DNA of 43,371 bases. Source: a virus (Duplodnaviria > Caudoviricetes). The translations under genes and the position numbers were made by a program. Shown in pieces: positions 8,625 to 19,532 of this stretch (the first letter of the stretch is position 1; every line of letters starts with the position of its first letter). The notes beneath the pieces are model-generated. The model did no database searches. It was not told the origin of the DNA and was given only the letters and a program-made list of their open reading frames with translations. The DNA lies in the IMG/VR virus record IMGVR_UViG_3300017747_002445, positions 1 through 43,371 of that record. One strand, given 5' to 3'.

Positions 8625-10040
8625 ATGGCAGATATTAAAAATATTGCCGTCCAGGCGGGGATGACCTATGGTGGCATCCAAAACAACTGGGACGCTTTAA
8701 AAGACGATTTCGATGCGGTAGCATACCTCCCATTCGGTGACGAATACTGGGACGCTATGAACCAAATCATGAACGGTATTGGTAACCGTGAAATTGCCAA
8801 GCAGCCTTCTGTGAAGTGGTTTGAAATGAATCGTATGGAAGTTCCGATGACCAGCAGTGGTGCGGTTACTTCTACTCTGGCTCAGTTCAACATCACCCTT
8901 CCTAGTGGTGAAATTCAGACACTTGGAAGCAACACTTACACTTGGCCTGCAAAGAATGAAATTTGGCGCCACGCTAAGAGCGGTCAATTGTTCCAAATCA
9001 CCAACAAGAGCGAGTCAGCTCCACAGACCATTGGTCTTACTCCGTTGACTTCTGCTGGTTCAGGAATTTCAATTGTTGCTAACGACAAGTTCTTCTATGT
9101 GGGTGTTTCTGTTCCAGAAAACTCTACATCACAAGCATCTAAGTATGTGTTTGATACTTTGTTCACTGCAAAGCTTCAAACATTCCGTCACGATGCTAAC
9201 TCAAGTTCTGAGGCGCTTTACAACCAACTTTGGTATTCACAATTGGAGAACGGAGTTCAAACTCCATATTCTAACTCACGCGACATCATCTACTTGCAGC
9301 GTGAACACCAAGTTGCTATTGTAAACACCTTCTTGGCTGGTCAGGAAACTACAAACACCGCCAACATCGGTGCTACACAGTCTTTCCAGACTACGAATGG
9401 TTTGTTGCCAACCATCATTGCTCAGGGTCAAAAAGTAGACTACGGAAACCAAGCTTCTGACATTGCAGTTGCAGACTTCTATGATCTAGAGGCTCTTTTG
9501 ACTAAGCAAGATGCTTCTGTAAAGAACTACATGGTATGGACAACTGCTTTGACTTCTCAATACATTGAGAAAGCTCTTGGCGGCGGTAGCACTACTACTA
9601 ACTACTTTGCTAACCAGAACGTACAGATCAACAAAGTTGAGATGAACAAGACTTTCTGGGGCGAAGGAGCGTATGCTGATTTGATGGATCGTACCTACTC
9701 ATTTAACAACGTAGTTTTCAATGGTAAAAACTTTGGACTCGTTCGTATGGGTATTTTCGACAATCCTCAGACCTTCAATACAACTGATTCTGATTGGGCT
9801 AACTATGCTATCTTCCTTCCAATGACCTCACGCGGTATTGATGATGGACTGGGTAACATGGGTAAGTATATCCGTATGTGTCACAAGCCAGGAGCCTTCA
9901 TGAATATGTGGCAAACTGGTGGTCGTGCAGCGGCTAACAAAACCGATCAGTGGAACTTGGGAGTTCACATCGTATCTGAAATTGGCTTTAAATTTATTAA
10001 CGCTAACAAATACGGTCTCCTTTGGCAGACTACTTTGTAA
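8625..10040 (+). CDS. Major capsid protein
   Basis: 471 aa. VKWFE motif, KLQTFRHD, TTNGLLPTI, C-terminal VHIVSEIGFKFINAN. Strong codon bias and a downstream terminator. Confidence 0.88.
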   Translation: MADIKNIAVQAGMTYGGIQNNWDALKDDFDAVAYLPFGDEYWDAMNQIMNGIGNREIAKQPSVKWFEMNRMEVPMTSSGAVTSTLAQFNITLPSGEIQTLGSNTYTWPAKNEIWRHAKSGQLFQITNKSESAPQTIGLTPLTSAGSGISIVANDKFFYVGVSVPENSTSQASKYVFDTLFTAKLQTFRHDANSSSEALYNQLWYSQLENGVQTPYSNSRDIIYLQREHQVAIVNTFLAGQETTNTANIGATQSFQTTNGLLPTIIAQGQKVDYGNQASDIAVADFYDLEALLTKQDASVKNYMVWTTALTSQYIEKALGGGSTTTNYFANQNVQINKVEMNKTFWGEGAYADLMDRTYSFNNVVFNGKNFGLVRMGIFDNPQTFNTTDSDWANYAIFLPMTSRGIDDGLGNMGKYIRMCHKPGAFMNMWQTGGRAAANKTDQWNLGVHIVSEIGFKFINANKYGLLWQTTL

Positions 10041-10055
10041 TTAAAATTAAATCTA

Positions 10056-10086
10056 GAAACATGGGGGCCAAAAGCCCCCTTGTTTC
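10056..10086 (+). terminator. Terminator-like hairpin after the capsid gene
   Basis: GAAACATGGGGGC-CAAAA-GCCCCCTTGTTTC, with one mismatch. Confidence 0.7.
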
Positions 10087-10104
10087 CATAAAACAAACAG
10101 AAAT

Positions 10105-11013
10105 ATGTTATACGATCTGAGTACAAACCAACTTATTGGAATTCCTGAATGGGCTGAAGAAGAAATGAAACAAGATTTTCCTGATTTTTTTAAAGGAAAA
10201 CCGGTTCAACTTTGCGCTAACCCAGACTTTATGATTACATCAATGAAAGTTCCGTCTCATGACTACAATCAAGAGCCGAAACTATTTGTCGAGCCTCCTG
10301 CTGATTATTCAATTAAGCCAAGAGGAATTATGTTCGATAAAGAGGATGGATATCAAATGCATATACAGTATTCTGAAGGTGCAATCAATACTTCGTCTCA
10401 AGAAGTTAGAAAGATTACTATTCGCCACAACATGACTGTTCAGCCCTATGAAAAAGAGTTTCTTTTTTATTTGCAATATCTGTGTCCGATCATAAAGGAC
10501 AATAAATCACATCGAAAGTCAAGCCGACCAATTTTCAAGTTTGACAAACCTGAGGTTGAAGCTAAAAACAAGATTGATGCAGCAAGAGCGGCCCGTGATT
10601 TGGAGAATTTGATTTACTTCGATGCTCCATACACAATTGTTATGAAGGCAATAAACGGATTGGCTCTAACTCCTAAGGATAGCGAGGAAGAGAACCGCGT
10701 AATGCTTCATGACTCAATTAAGGCTGGAAGCGAGACATTCCGTAAAAATGCGTTTGAAATTCTGAACTCATATCAGAAAAAACAAGAGGTAAGCAGCGAG
10801 GAGACTATCCATGAGCTAGTTAATCGACTTTCTTCTGAAGGTTTTATCAAAAATGAGGACGGAATTTGGTATCTTCGCGACCGTAGAGGCGATGGAACTA
10901 AGTGGCTCAAGAATCCGTTTTTTGAATCTATCGAGGAAAAAAATGCGTTTGCCCTTATTGACCACCTCAAGGTAAATGAAGAATTGTTAGATAAATTAAG
11001 AAAATTAAAGTAA
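10105..11013 (+). CDS. Post-capsid virion or cargo protein (hypothetical)
   Basis: 302 aa, in the slot that follows the MCP in crAss-like phages. Confidence 0.55.
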   Translation: MLYDLSTNQLIGIPEWAEEEMKQDFPDFFKGKPVQLCANPDFMITSMKVPSHDYNQEPKLFVEPPADYSIKPRGIMFDKEDGYQMHIQYSEGAINTSSQEVRKITIRHNMTVQPYEKEFLFYLQYLCPIIKDNKSHRKSSRPIFKFDKPEVEAKNKIDAARAARDLENLIYFDAPYTIVMKAINGLALTPKDSEEENRVMLHDSIKAGSETFRKNAFEILNSYQKKQEVSSEETIHELVNRLSSEGFIKNEDGIWYLRDRRGDGTKWLKNPFFESIEEKNAFALIDHLKVNEELLDKLRKLK

Positions 11014-11014
11014 A

Positions 11015-13093
11015 ATGATAAGTACTGTAACCCTTACGCTAGACCTAACTACTAAAAAGGGGCGCGTAACAGATACAACGAATTACACCTCCCTTGGTAT
11101 AAGCGTAGCGACATATGAAGCGAAAGGGTTAGGTACTATTTATTTTCAAGGACAACAGATAGAACAAAGACTTACGGTAGGGACCCCCCTGATTGATCTA
11201 CAAGCAGGGGATACCTACTTTGAGTTTGACCTCGAATTAGATGTCAATGGCGAGGTTGCCAACGGTGTTTACACGGTTGATTACTTGTTGCGACTCAACA
11301 CGTATCCGGTAAGCACGAATAGCTTAGGTGTAATAACCGCTCCTAGCACAATCACTTTCAGTGCCACAAACTTTGAGTGGCTCCCTGATTTTTTGGTACA
11401 GGGGAACACCATGAATATTTTTGGTCCAGGCACGGTGTTAGGTCAGCAGTCTTTGACTATTGATACGTGTGAGTTAATTGAAACAGATATACAGATTGTT
11501 TTTAACGAGGTTATTAATGATGCGTATTCATTCTGGAGATTCAATGTAACAAACCAACAGTCTGAACAGTCGTTCACTTACTCTGGATGCACCAGGGCGA
11601 CTGCCGCGATTACATTTACCTACGATTGCGATTACGCTCCAAATGGAACATTTTCGGTTGCAAGCGCAACCAGACTGGTTGATCAAACCGTTTCTTCGAC
11701 TAACGCCCTGATTAACTTCCCATCATGGACGTCTGCAAACCCCAATTTTAATCCTAGGATTGTAACTAGCACTTTGCCTTATACGCAAAACACGCTTGCT
11801 ACGGGTACTTTCTCTGTAAGCTTGACTCAAGTTATACAGCAGGTACAGGATGATGGTTTGATAATGCAGTATACTACCTCAACTACGGAAGAGTTTTTGG
11901 TTAGTTGTACGGGTTCGCTTTGCGGTCTTAATACTTGTATTGAAAACCTAAGAAGAGCGCACGTAGCTGAGTTGAGATCAAACAGGATATCTAAGTACCA
12001 GCAATATGTAGACAGCATATTGATGTACTACATTGAAGCTCAAACATATAGAATCTGTGGCGAATTTGACAAATACAAAGAAGCGCTTAATAACATTCAA
12101 GCACAGCTTGATTCTAGCGGCTGCGACTGTTCTTGTTGTAATGATGAGGTTTTTGAATGGATCCAGGTAAATACAAACGCTACCATTGAGAGCCTTATAA
12201 ATGAGATTCAGTATAGATTAAAAAATGGTATTCCTGATGATACTGATGACTCGGCTGCTGGTGTTCAAGTAGGTGCTATTTGGCAAGATACCAATACTGG
12301 AATCCTGTATCGTTGTAGCGTCAACACGCCAGGAAACGCTGAATGGGATGTGTATTATGACCCAGGTTCAATTATCGTTACTGCTTCTGGAGTTATATCT
12401 AATGCACAGGCGGGAGGCATTGTTTTAGGAACAAACGTACAGGCTAACATAGATTCTATAAATGTTGCACTGATAAACAACGATGCAAGCATAACCGGTC
12501 TTGTTAACGACGTAACCGACCTTGGTATTGAAATTGGTGGTCTTGTAGAAAGTGTAACGGGTACTTTAGTTGACAATACAGACCCTAACAATCCAGTGGT
12601 TGACAATCCGTTGGTTACTGATATTTTGTGGGCAGGAAATATTAATGGAACTACTGTAGCCAATGTAAGCGAGGCGTTAACCGCAATTAACTCAAACAGT
12701 CTTTACATCAATACTGGAAATGCAACTCAATTAGTGTACACAAGCACATTTGTGCCTGCGTGGACTAATGTTGATAAGGCTTTAGATGGAATTGCGGTAA
12801 AGAGATATATAGCCAGAATAGGTGGCCCTACCTCCATTACTGCTTTGTATGATAACTTTGAATACACCGGAAACGTATCAATAGCGGCAGGAGTCCCCGC
12901 TGGTACATACACTATAACCTTTACTGTTCAGTGGTTAGATACTACAAAGTCTTATGTAAGCATAGTAAGCGATACAACCTCTGCTTCTGTTCAGACATTT
13001 AAGGCGAAGGTTACGGCTACAAATCAGGTAACAATCTTCTCTAGTACAGTGCCTGTAGACGCTGCGATTATTAAAATTGAAGTATATCAATAA
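11015..13093 (+). CDS. Virion structural protein: beta-rich N-terminus, Cys cluster, short fibre-like C-terminus
   Basis: CTGSLCGLNTC...CDCSCC cluster, DDSAAGVQVGAIWQDT...YRC fibre motif, three NVxxAL-like repeats. Confidence 0.65.
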   Translation: MISTVTLTLDLTTKKGRVTDTTNYTSLGISVATYEAKGLGTIYFQGQQIEQRLTVGTPLIDLQAGDTYFEFDLELDVNGEVANGVYTVDYLLRLNTYPVSTNSLGVITAPSTITFSATNFEWLPDFLVQGNTMNIFGPGTVLGQQSLTIDTCELIETDIQIVFNEVINDAYSFWRFNVTNQQSEQSFTYSGCTRATAAITFTYDCDYAPNGTFSVASATRLVDQTVSSTNALINFPSWTSANPNFNPRIVTSTLPYTQNTLATGTFSVSLTQVIQQVQDDGLIMQYTTSTTEEFLVSCTGSLCGLNTCIENLRRAHVAELRSNRISKYQQYVDSILMYYIEAQTYRICGEFDKYKEALNNIQAQLDSSGCDCSCCNDEVFEWIQVNTNATIESLINEIQYRLKNGIPDDTDDSAAGVQVGAIWQDTNTGILYRCSVNTPGNAEWDVYYDPGSIIVTASGVISNAQAGGIVLGTNVQANIDSINVALINNDASITGLVNDVTDLGIEIGGLVESVTGTLVDNTDPNNPVVDNPLVTDILWAGNINGTTVANVSEALTAINSNSLYINTGNATQLVYTSTFVPAWTNVDKALDGIAVKRYIARIGGPTSITALYDNFEYTGNVSIAAGVPAGTYTITFTVQWLDTTKSYVSIVSDTTSASVQTFKAKVTATNQVTIFSSTVPVDAAIIKIEVYQ

Positions 13094-13848
13094 TGATTAC
13101 TAACCTGGGTCAAATATATGATGAGCTTCTCTTCAGGACCGGTAAGGACCTGCGGGGCGGCTACATTACTCCTGACACTTTCAATAAGTCTATAAAGACT
13201 GTAAACCAGCGGTACTTGAACACCCTGGTTGACAACTTTGAAAAGAACAGGGAAGTAACCAGTGACTTGCAGACTTTTATAAAAACACTTGGTAGCCCAC
13301 AGTACCCCCCACTATCATTTACTCCAGTAGTTCCTGGCGACCCCAAAAAGGGCGGCTATGCAACAATCCCGGAGGACATTTGGTATGAGGCTTCGTCAAG
13401 CTACCTAGAGCTTCTTAACGTCAATTGCGTTTCTGAGTCAAACTATAGAAGTGTAGAGTTTGTTAGCCAGCATCAGTTTGATGCTAGGATGAGAAGCTCT
13501 ATTATCAGCCCGATTGATAACCCGGAGGAGAATGACCCTATCCTGGTTACCAGAAACGACAAGTATTTTATATATCCATTCCTAAACAGGATCAACTTTA
13601 CTTACATAAGAAGACCTGAAAATCCTTACTTTGACTACGACATTATTAACGGAATTCCCGTATATTTACCTCCGGGTTCAGTTCACGTTAATAACACGGT
13701 AGCCCTCGCTGGCGACCCAAGTCAAAGCGTTGAATTTGAATACCCAGAAAGCTGTTTGGATCATCTTATAGAGATGATGAAGACTTATGTTGGAGTTGGT
13801 AATCAGGATCAATGGGATATTCAAACTCAAATGCCAAGTAAAGTATGA
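13093..13848 (+). CDS. Tail ring / head-tail adaptor protein
   Basis: GGYITPDTFN, YIRRPENP and FEYPE motifs typical of crAss-like ring proteins. TAATG coupling. Confidence 0.7.
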   Translation: MITNLGQIYDELLFRTGKDLRGGYITPDTFNKSIKTVNQRYLNTLVDNFEKNREVTSDLQTFIKTLGSPQYPPLSFTPVVPGDPKKGGYATIPEDIWYEASSSYLELLNVNCVSESNYRSVEFVSQHQFDARMRSSIISPIDNPEENDPILVTRNDKYFIYPFLNRINFTYIRRPENPYFDYDIINGIPVYLPPGSVHVNNTVALAGDPSQSVEFEYPESCLDHLIEMMKTYVGVGNQDQWDIQTQMPSKV

Positions 13849-14435
13849 TAACCAAGCGTCAAGCAATAGAGTTAATACAGCATCGCTTAACTGGCGGGGA
13901 CACCCCGGAGGATTTGCGTAGACTGTATCCTCGTTCTGTTATCTCAAGGGTATTGAATTTTGCTATAGCGGACGTCGTTAGTAAGGATCCGTACTCAGCA
14001 TCCGACATGGCTTTTCCTTATACGTTTACGCCAGGGTCTGATTCCAGGGGTTATTACATCACCATGAGTCCTCGTCCAATCGCGGGTACTATGGCCATTT
14101 ATACTGTGGAGGACGAAGGTCCTAATCAATACATTGTTCAGACACAGGCTGAGGCTAACGCCATGAAGATACTGCGTGGGTCTAATAGGCTCGCTGCTAT
14201 AATGTTTAACGACAAGATTCGATTCAACTCAAAGCCAGAGGGTGACGTTACCGTGGTAATGGTTCCTAATGTCTACGAGATGGGAGATGATGATATTATT
14301 GTGGTACAGGCAGACGAAACTGGAAAGGGGGAAATGATGCTGTTTCAGATGTGCTTACAAGCATTGTCTACTCAAGCATTCCAAGACGACCTGAACAATG
14401 ACTCAATAGACGCTCAATTAGCTCCTAGCGCATGA
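13845..14435 (+). CDS. Tail ring protein (putative)
   Basis: 196 aa, coupled between ring-like genes. Confidence 0.55.
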   Translation: MITKRQAIELIQHRLTGGDTPEDLRRLYPRSVISRVLNFAIADVVSKDPYSASDMAFPYTFTPGSDSRGYYITMSPRPIAGTMAIYTVEDEGPNQYIVQTQAEANAMKILRGSNRLAAIMFNDKIRFNSKPEGDVTVVMVPNVYEMGDDDIIVVQADETGKGEMMLFQMCLQALSTQAFQDDLNNDSIDAQLAPSA

Positions 14436-15163
14436 CAATTAAGAATGTAAGATATATCGCAACATCCGCCCTGTATCGATTGGGTAAAAGCCCGGTTGGT
14501 AGAGAGCTTAACTGGATGATTCAGGTTGCCATTGACTATTTCAGTGAGAAGTCTCCTTTGGATGGTAACGTGAGCCTGAGGACAATATACGGCAAGATAG
14601 ATACTGGGGCTAGAGTTTTTACCATGCCTTCTGACTGTGTTAGAATATCAAAGATAGGTTTGAGGTCAGGCAGAAGAATATGGACGCTAACAGCCGACAA
14701 CTCACTAACTTATCCCGAAAACTTTTTCAATTGCGAATCCGACCAGCAGGACGAGCTGATTATTGATGGTTTTTTCCCGACTGGATACTTTGGATATTTT
14801 TACAATTACCCAAACTATACGGTGGGTGGCGGTCGTAATGAAAACTACTACCGTGTTGATGGAAACAACATCATCTTTGATCACAACATACCAGACGGTC
14901 AGCTAGTAATCGAATATTTCTCAAACGGGACTGAGGTTAACGAAAACACCTTGATTGACGTTGCCTACGCAGAGCCTTTCCGTTTGTATTTGATGAGCGA
15001 GTACTGTTTTCATAAAGGAAACTCTTACGACAAGTCAAAATACAAGGAATTACAGATGCAGTACGAGGCGGCTCAATGGAGTGCAAACCTTTTGGTTAAG
15101 GCTCCTCGTTTGACGGAAATGATTGACGCTCTTGCACAAAGCTCAGAATTTAATTTGGGATAA
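14432..15163 (+). CDS. Tail tubular / ring protein
   Basis: MPSDCVRISKIG and LVIEYFSNG motifs, directly upstream of the muzzle gene. Confidence 0.65.
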   Translation: MTIKNVRYIATSALYRLGKSPVGRELNWMIQVAIDYFSEKSPLDGNVSLRTIYGKIDTGARVFTMPSDCVRISKIGLRSGRRIWTLTADNSLTYPENFFNCESDQQDELIIDGFFPTGYFGYFYNYPNYTVGGGRNENYYRVDGNNIIFDHNIPDGQLVIEYFSNGTEVNENTLIDVAYAEPFRLYLMSEYCFHKGNSYDKSKYKELQMQYEAAQWSANLLVKAPRLTEMIDALAQSSEFNLG

Positions 15164-18100
15164 TGAATTTTAATGATCAAATATTATTCTCTGGCGGTAT
15201 CAATGTAGATGACGAAGATCGTGCTATTCCCAAGGGAGATTACCGTGATTTTTCGTACTGTAGGCTTGGAAATACTTCTGAGCAGGGGTTTACCGTGGTG
15301 ACTTCGCAAGGGACTTTATTGATCAATAATTCATCGATAACCCAATACGACACGATTGTTGGGGCGGTTGTATGGCTCAAGAAGAACGCTATTGTGTACT
15401 TTGTGTACAATATAGATTCAGACCATCAGATATGGATGTATAACATATCGAGTCAAACTCATCAACTTATACTTACCAGCTCAGAACTTAATCTAAGTAC
15501 TCAGTATCCAATATATCACGCAAACATAATTGACGATATACTCAAATGGACTGACGGAAGATGGGATCCTGATATGTACGACGCGGACGGTAACAGGCTT
15601 TTTAATCCTCCGTTTCAAATCAATCTTCAAAAGGCCATCGACGGGGATTACAGTTCGTATTCACTTCAGACTATTGACGCTGTAAAATGGCCATTAGACC
15701 CTCCTCGCGTATCTTATTTTACTGACTCAAGCAGGAACGACAATAAGCTTCGCAACAAGTTGTTCAAGTTTATTATTCAGCCTATTTATGAAAACGGTGA
15801 GGTTGGTGTTTGGTCAATGTATTCTAACCTAGAGCTTCCACAACAGTCGGAATTGGTTTCTGGAACAAACTGGATATTTCCAAACAACAGTAACGGGATA
15901 AACATACAGTTTGAAACAGGACCTAGCATAATACGCAAGTTCAATATTGCTGTACAGCAATTTGATAAAGACTCTTTAGGCATAGAACCTCCTTTTGGTA
16001 TATTTATTCAACTGGATAAAGATCAGGACAATATACCAAGCAATTCAATTCATGTTGTGCCATTTTATGGAGGTGTTTCTACTGTTCCTGCCACAGATGT
16101 TTTCAAGAATTATGACCGTTTACCAGTAATTGCTAATTGTCAGGAGTATCTACCTACAAATCAGTTAGTGTACACTAATTTCAGAGAAGGGTACAATAAA
16201 CCTACAGAAGCGCCGTTTATTCTTGATGTTGAGGTTGATTATCAACTTAATGAAATAAACTGGAAGCCATTACCTGACTCGATTAGGGGTGTTTTAGAAA
16301 CGGATCCTACAATATTTGCCCCCGGAACACCAATGGCATTTTATGTTCAAGACGTTTTGTATGAATATCAATGGAATTTGAGTTTTGGTTTTGCTGAAGG
16401 AGACACGTTTTCGGCAACAGTGTCAACATTTGGTACATGGACATACGTTTTAACGTATCAGGACATATATAATGCGTTATTGAATGTCACTGAAGCTGAC
16501 CAAAACGCATACATAATACAGTTGCTTGGGGATAATATGACTGATTTTTTCGGTATCCCAAATGGATTTATATCCTATTTTTTCGCAAGTGGAGATAATC
16601 TCATTTATTATGCGTGTAGCAATCCGTTGTTTTTTCCTGCAAATACTGTTTTTGGACCCCCATCGGGAAACGTGCAGACCAATGCTGCTCCATCTTTAAA
16701 AGCTGGAGCCACACATGAATTTGGAATTGTGTATGGTGACAGGGCATATAGGGATAGCACAGTTTACACTATAGATTCAATGAACTTGTTTGTCCCTTGG
16801 TTTTATGATATACCAAGAGACACGCTGTTGTCTAATCAAGATAATCCGTTTACAATAAACCCTAGGTTTACTATAAACCATATCCCCCCTGTATGGGCTA
16901 CCAAGTATTGGATTGTTGCTAAACCGGCCACCGAAATACAAAGTTTTGGTCAGTATACCACAAACAATAATCAATTGGACGCTCCTGATGGAGCGGCCTA
17001 TGTTTCTTCTATTAAGCTAGACGATGTAAGCACAAATAGATACATAATATACTTAGATAGGTATTACACTACAAAAAACATAGGAGCAACTATTAGGCAT
17101 GAAATCAAAGTCGGCGATAAATTAAGGTTTGTTAGAAAAAGACCAGGCGGAGACCTGACAAGTCCCAATAGCGTACCATATTGCCCCTATGTGGAGCTGG
17201 ATGTAATAGGGTATGATCCGGTTGGTGGTAATGACGAAAGGCAGGCTGTTTATGTAAACATTTTTGATTATCAGTTAATAGAAACGGATATAAACTCCGT
17301 GTTTGGTGAGTTGTTTGGTCAACTTTTAGAGGTGTATACGCCAAGACCATCTACTGATGATACGGGAAATATTTTCGTAAGCACCTGGAGGGATGTGAGC
17401 GAGGCGATTGACATAAGAAACCCTCACACGGACGACAGAGCGCATGGAGCGCCGCCTCTTTACTATGTGTATGTGTTTGGAAGCGGACCGTATAAGTACG
17501 CCATGAATGGAGATTACACGTTTTTGGAGGGTAATTTTTACGAAATTACAATACACAATTTAGACGGAACCACGACTTCCGCAGGCTCGTTGGTTACTTT
17601 TGCAAGCTATGACCAAAACTCAAACCAGACCACTCTTGGGTTTGGTTTTTTACCCACGTCTAATGTAGCTTATCTAACAATAGACACAGATCCGTCTGCC
17701 GCCCAAACTAACCTATATCAAGTGTCAAATGATTTAAATTCATCAAGGGCAGCAGCTTTTTCTTTGGGATATGGCGATGTATATGTTAGAAGAAGAAATT
17801 ATCAGACCGGATTGAATGCAGAAAGTTCTAGCATTTATTATTACATAGAAGACTCAAACTACTCCGATTATTGGCCAAGTAATATTCACGAGATAGGCAG
17901 AACAAGAATAGAGGATCAGAATGCAAAAATGACTCACCGTCAAGCAACTGCTATTCATTCAGATTCATTCATTGTAGGCACTCAGATAAACGGATTATCA
18001 TCTTTCTCCTTGCTGAATGACAACATTGAGGATATGAATCCATTTTACGGACCCGTTGTTAGAACATATATGTCGGGTCGTGAAGGTAAAACCCTCAAAT

Positions 18101-19521
18101 GTATTCAACCAAGAAAAGAGAATTCAATATACATTCAGTTCTACCCCAACGAGGTAGGTTCCGACTCTACTGTTCGGGTTTCCAATAGAACGTTTGCGTC
18201 ATGGTTTGACTACAAATCGCTGTACGGCTGTCAGGAGCCTGGAGCTACCGCACAGCTGCCAACAGGAGACTCTGTTTATTTTGATTCAATAAACGGCGCA
18301 TTCATATTGTCTGGAGGTAACGGTCAACGCGTGATAAGCGAGGCCGATCCGGACACTGGTACTAATTATAAGTTCAGAACAAAGACTAAGCAGCTTGCAA
18401 ACCAGTATAATGAAACTCTTAATCCTCTCGTAAGAACATACGTAAACGAGAAGATGGGTGAGGTTGGCTTTGCTTTTAGATTTGGCAATCAGTACATATA
18501 CAACACCATAAGCGTATTTAATCCTTTGTCAGGGTTTAATTATTGGACAATAGCCGGTGACGTATCGTTTTTGCTTGGCTACGAGGTACAGATACTTCAG
18601 CCTAATCAAAATTATTTTTCACAGGTAACTGAGGCTAGTTACGATCCTGAAAGGGACTCGACTATAATAGAGCTTTTTGGGATTCCAGGCCCATTGGTTA
18701 ACGGTATAGAGGGAGTCCTCACTACTGTAAGCGGATTTACATACGAACACGTTGTATTTGATTACATAAACGACAGGTGGCGTTCAACGTATAATTACAA
18801 CTTCTCGAACTTTGCTAACCTAGGACAAACGCTCGTTGGATTCGGTGCTAATAATCAGTTATACCTTCATAACCAAAACAGTATAACTTTTCACGGCGAA
18901 AACTTTTTGCAGAAAATAAAGTTCGTATCAAACGAGCAGCCGATCAGTGTTAAGAGGTATCAGGCAATAACTCAGTTTGCAAACAAAACCTTTGATGTTT
19001 TAGCGTATTCTGACCCTAACCAAAGTTACATCAAGGGTATGCAGACATATATGCCTACCAATATTATCACGGTTTACGAGGGGTATTCAAGGGTTAATTA
19101 TAGAAAGAATGTCTACGACCCAAGATACCTCAACGACACTCAAACCTGCGAGTCAAGTTATGATCCGCCTACAGACAACGTAAACGGGTGGACATTCCCC
19201 GGCGACGAGTCGATACTTGGTCCAACTGTAGACCTTGAGTATACCACTATAACCATTATTCAGTCGGACGGGAAGGCGTACACGGGACGAGTTGGTGCAG
19301 CTGTATACGATTCTATTTCAGATACTACCAAGGTTACTATTATTGGCCAGGCCCCGAATAGCAATGGAGTTTCGGGTGAATGGTATTATAGCGATATTGC
19401 GATGTGGAATGGTGAGGATGTGAGAGCTGATGCTTTAACTCATGAAATAACGTATGACCCAACCATAGACCAAGAAGGTTCTGTCTTGTTTAGCGTTGGA
19501 ATACAAGGTGTTTTATCTTAA
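15163..19521 (+). CDS. Tail muzzle / stabilization (nozzle) protein
   Basis: 1452 aa beta-rich. FSGGINVDDEDRAIPKGDYRD start, LKWTDG...NPP, LVYTNFREGY, SLKAGATHEFGIVYGD, INGLSSF. Confidence 0.82.
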   Translation: MNFNDQILFSGGINVDDEDRAIPKGDYRDFSYCRLGNTSEQGFTVVTSQGTLLINNSSITQYDTIVGAVVWLKKNAIVYFVYNIDSDHQIWMYNISSQTHQLILTSSELNLSTQYPIYHANIIDDILKWTDGRWDPDMYDADGNRLFNPPFQINLQKAIDGDYSSYSLQTIDAVKWPLDPPRVSYFTDSSRNDNKLRNKLFKFIIQPIYENGEVGVWSMYSNLELPQQSELVSGTNWIFPNNSNGINIQFETGPSIIRKFNIAVQQFDKDSLGIEPPFGIFIQLDKDQDNIPSNSIHVVPFYGGVSTVPATDVFKNYDRLPVIANCQEYLPTNQLVYTNFREGYNKPTEAPFILDVEVDYQLNEINWKPLPDSIRGVLETDPTIFAPGTPMAFYVQDVLYEYQWNLSFGFAEGDTFSATVSTFGTWTYVLTYQDIYNALLNVTEADQNAYIIQLLGDNMTDFFGIPNGFISYFFASGDNLIYYACSNPLFFPANTVFGPPSGNVQTNAAPSLKAGATHEFGIVYGDRAYRDSTVYTIDSMNLFVPWFYDIPRDTLLSNQDNPFTINPRFTINHIPPVWATKYWIVAKPATEIQSFGQYTTNNNQLDAPDGAAYVSSIKLDDVSTNRYIIYLDRYYTTKNIGATIRHEIKVGDKLRFVRKRPGGDLTSPNSVPYCPYVELDVIGYDPVGGNDERQAVYVNIFDYQLIETDINSVFGELFGQLLEVYTPRPSTDDTGNIFVSTWRDVSEAIDIRNPHTDDRAHGAPPLYYVYVFGSGPYKYAMNGDYTFLEGNFYEITIHNLDGTTTSAGSLVTFASYDQNSNQTTLGFGFLPTSNVAYLTIDTDPSAAQTNLYQVSNDLNSSRAAAFSLGYGDVYVRRRNYQTGLNAESSSIYYYIEDSNYSDYWPSNIHEIGRTRIEDQNAKMTHRQATAIHSDSFIVGTQINGLSSFSLLNDNIEDMNPFYGPVVRTYMSGREGKTLKCIQPRKENSIYIQFYPNEVGSDSTVRVSNRTFASWFDYKSLYGCQEPGATAQLPTGDSVYFDSINGAFILSGGNGQRVISEADPDTGTNYKFRTKTKQLANQYNETLNPLVRTYVNEKMGEVGFAFRFGNQYIYNTISVFNPLSGFNYWTIAGDVSFLLGYEVQILQPNQNYFSQVTEASYDPERDSTIIELFGIPGPLVNGIEGVLTTVSGFTYEHVVFDYINDRWRSTYNYNFSNFANLGQTLVGFGANNQLYLHNQNSITFHGENFLQKIKFVSNEQPISVKRYQAITQFANKTFDVLAYSDPNQSYIKGMQTYMPTNIITVYEGYSRVNYRKNVYDPRYLNDTQTCESSYDPPTDNVNGWTFPGDESILGPTVDLEYTTITIIQSDGKAYTGRVGAAVYDSISDTTKVTIIGQAPNSNGVSGEWYYSDIAMWNGEDVRADALTHEITYDPTIDQEGSVLFSVGIQGVLS

Positions 19522-19526
19522 ATTTG
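19495..19526 (+). promoter_or_regulatory. Bacteroidota-type promoter for the ejection-protein cluster
   Basis: GTTG(19495-19498)-N20-TAAATTTG(19519-19526). The -7 box overlaps the muzzle stop codon. ATG at 19533. Confidence 0.65.
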
Positions 19527-19532
19527 CGAACT

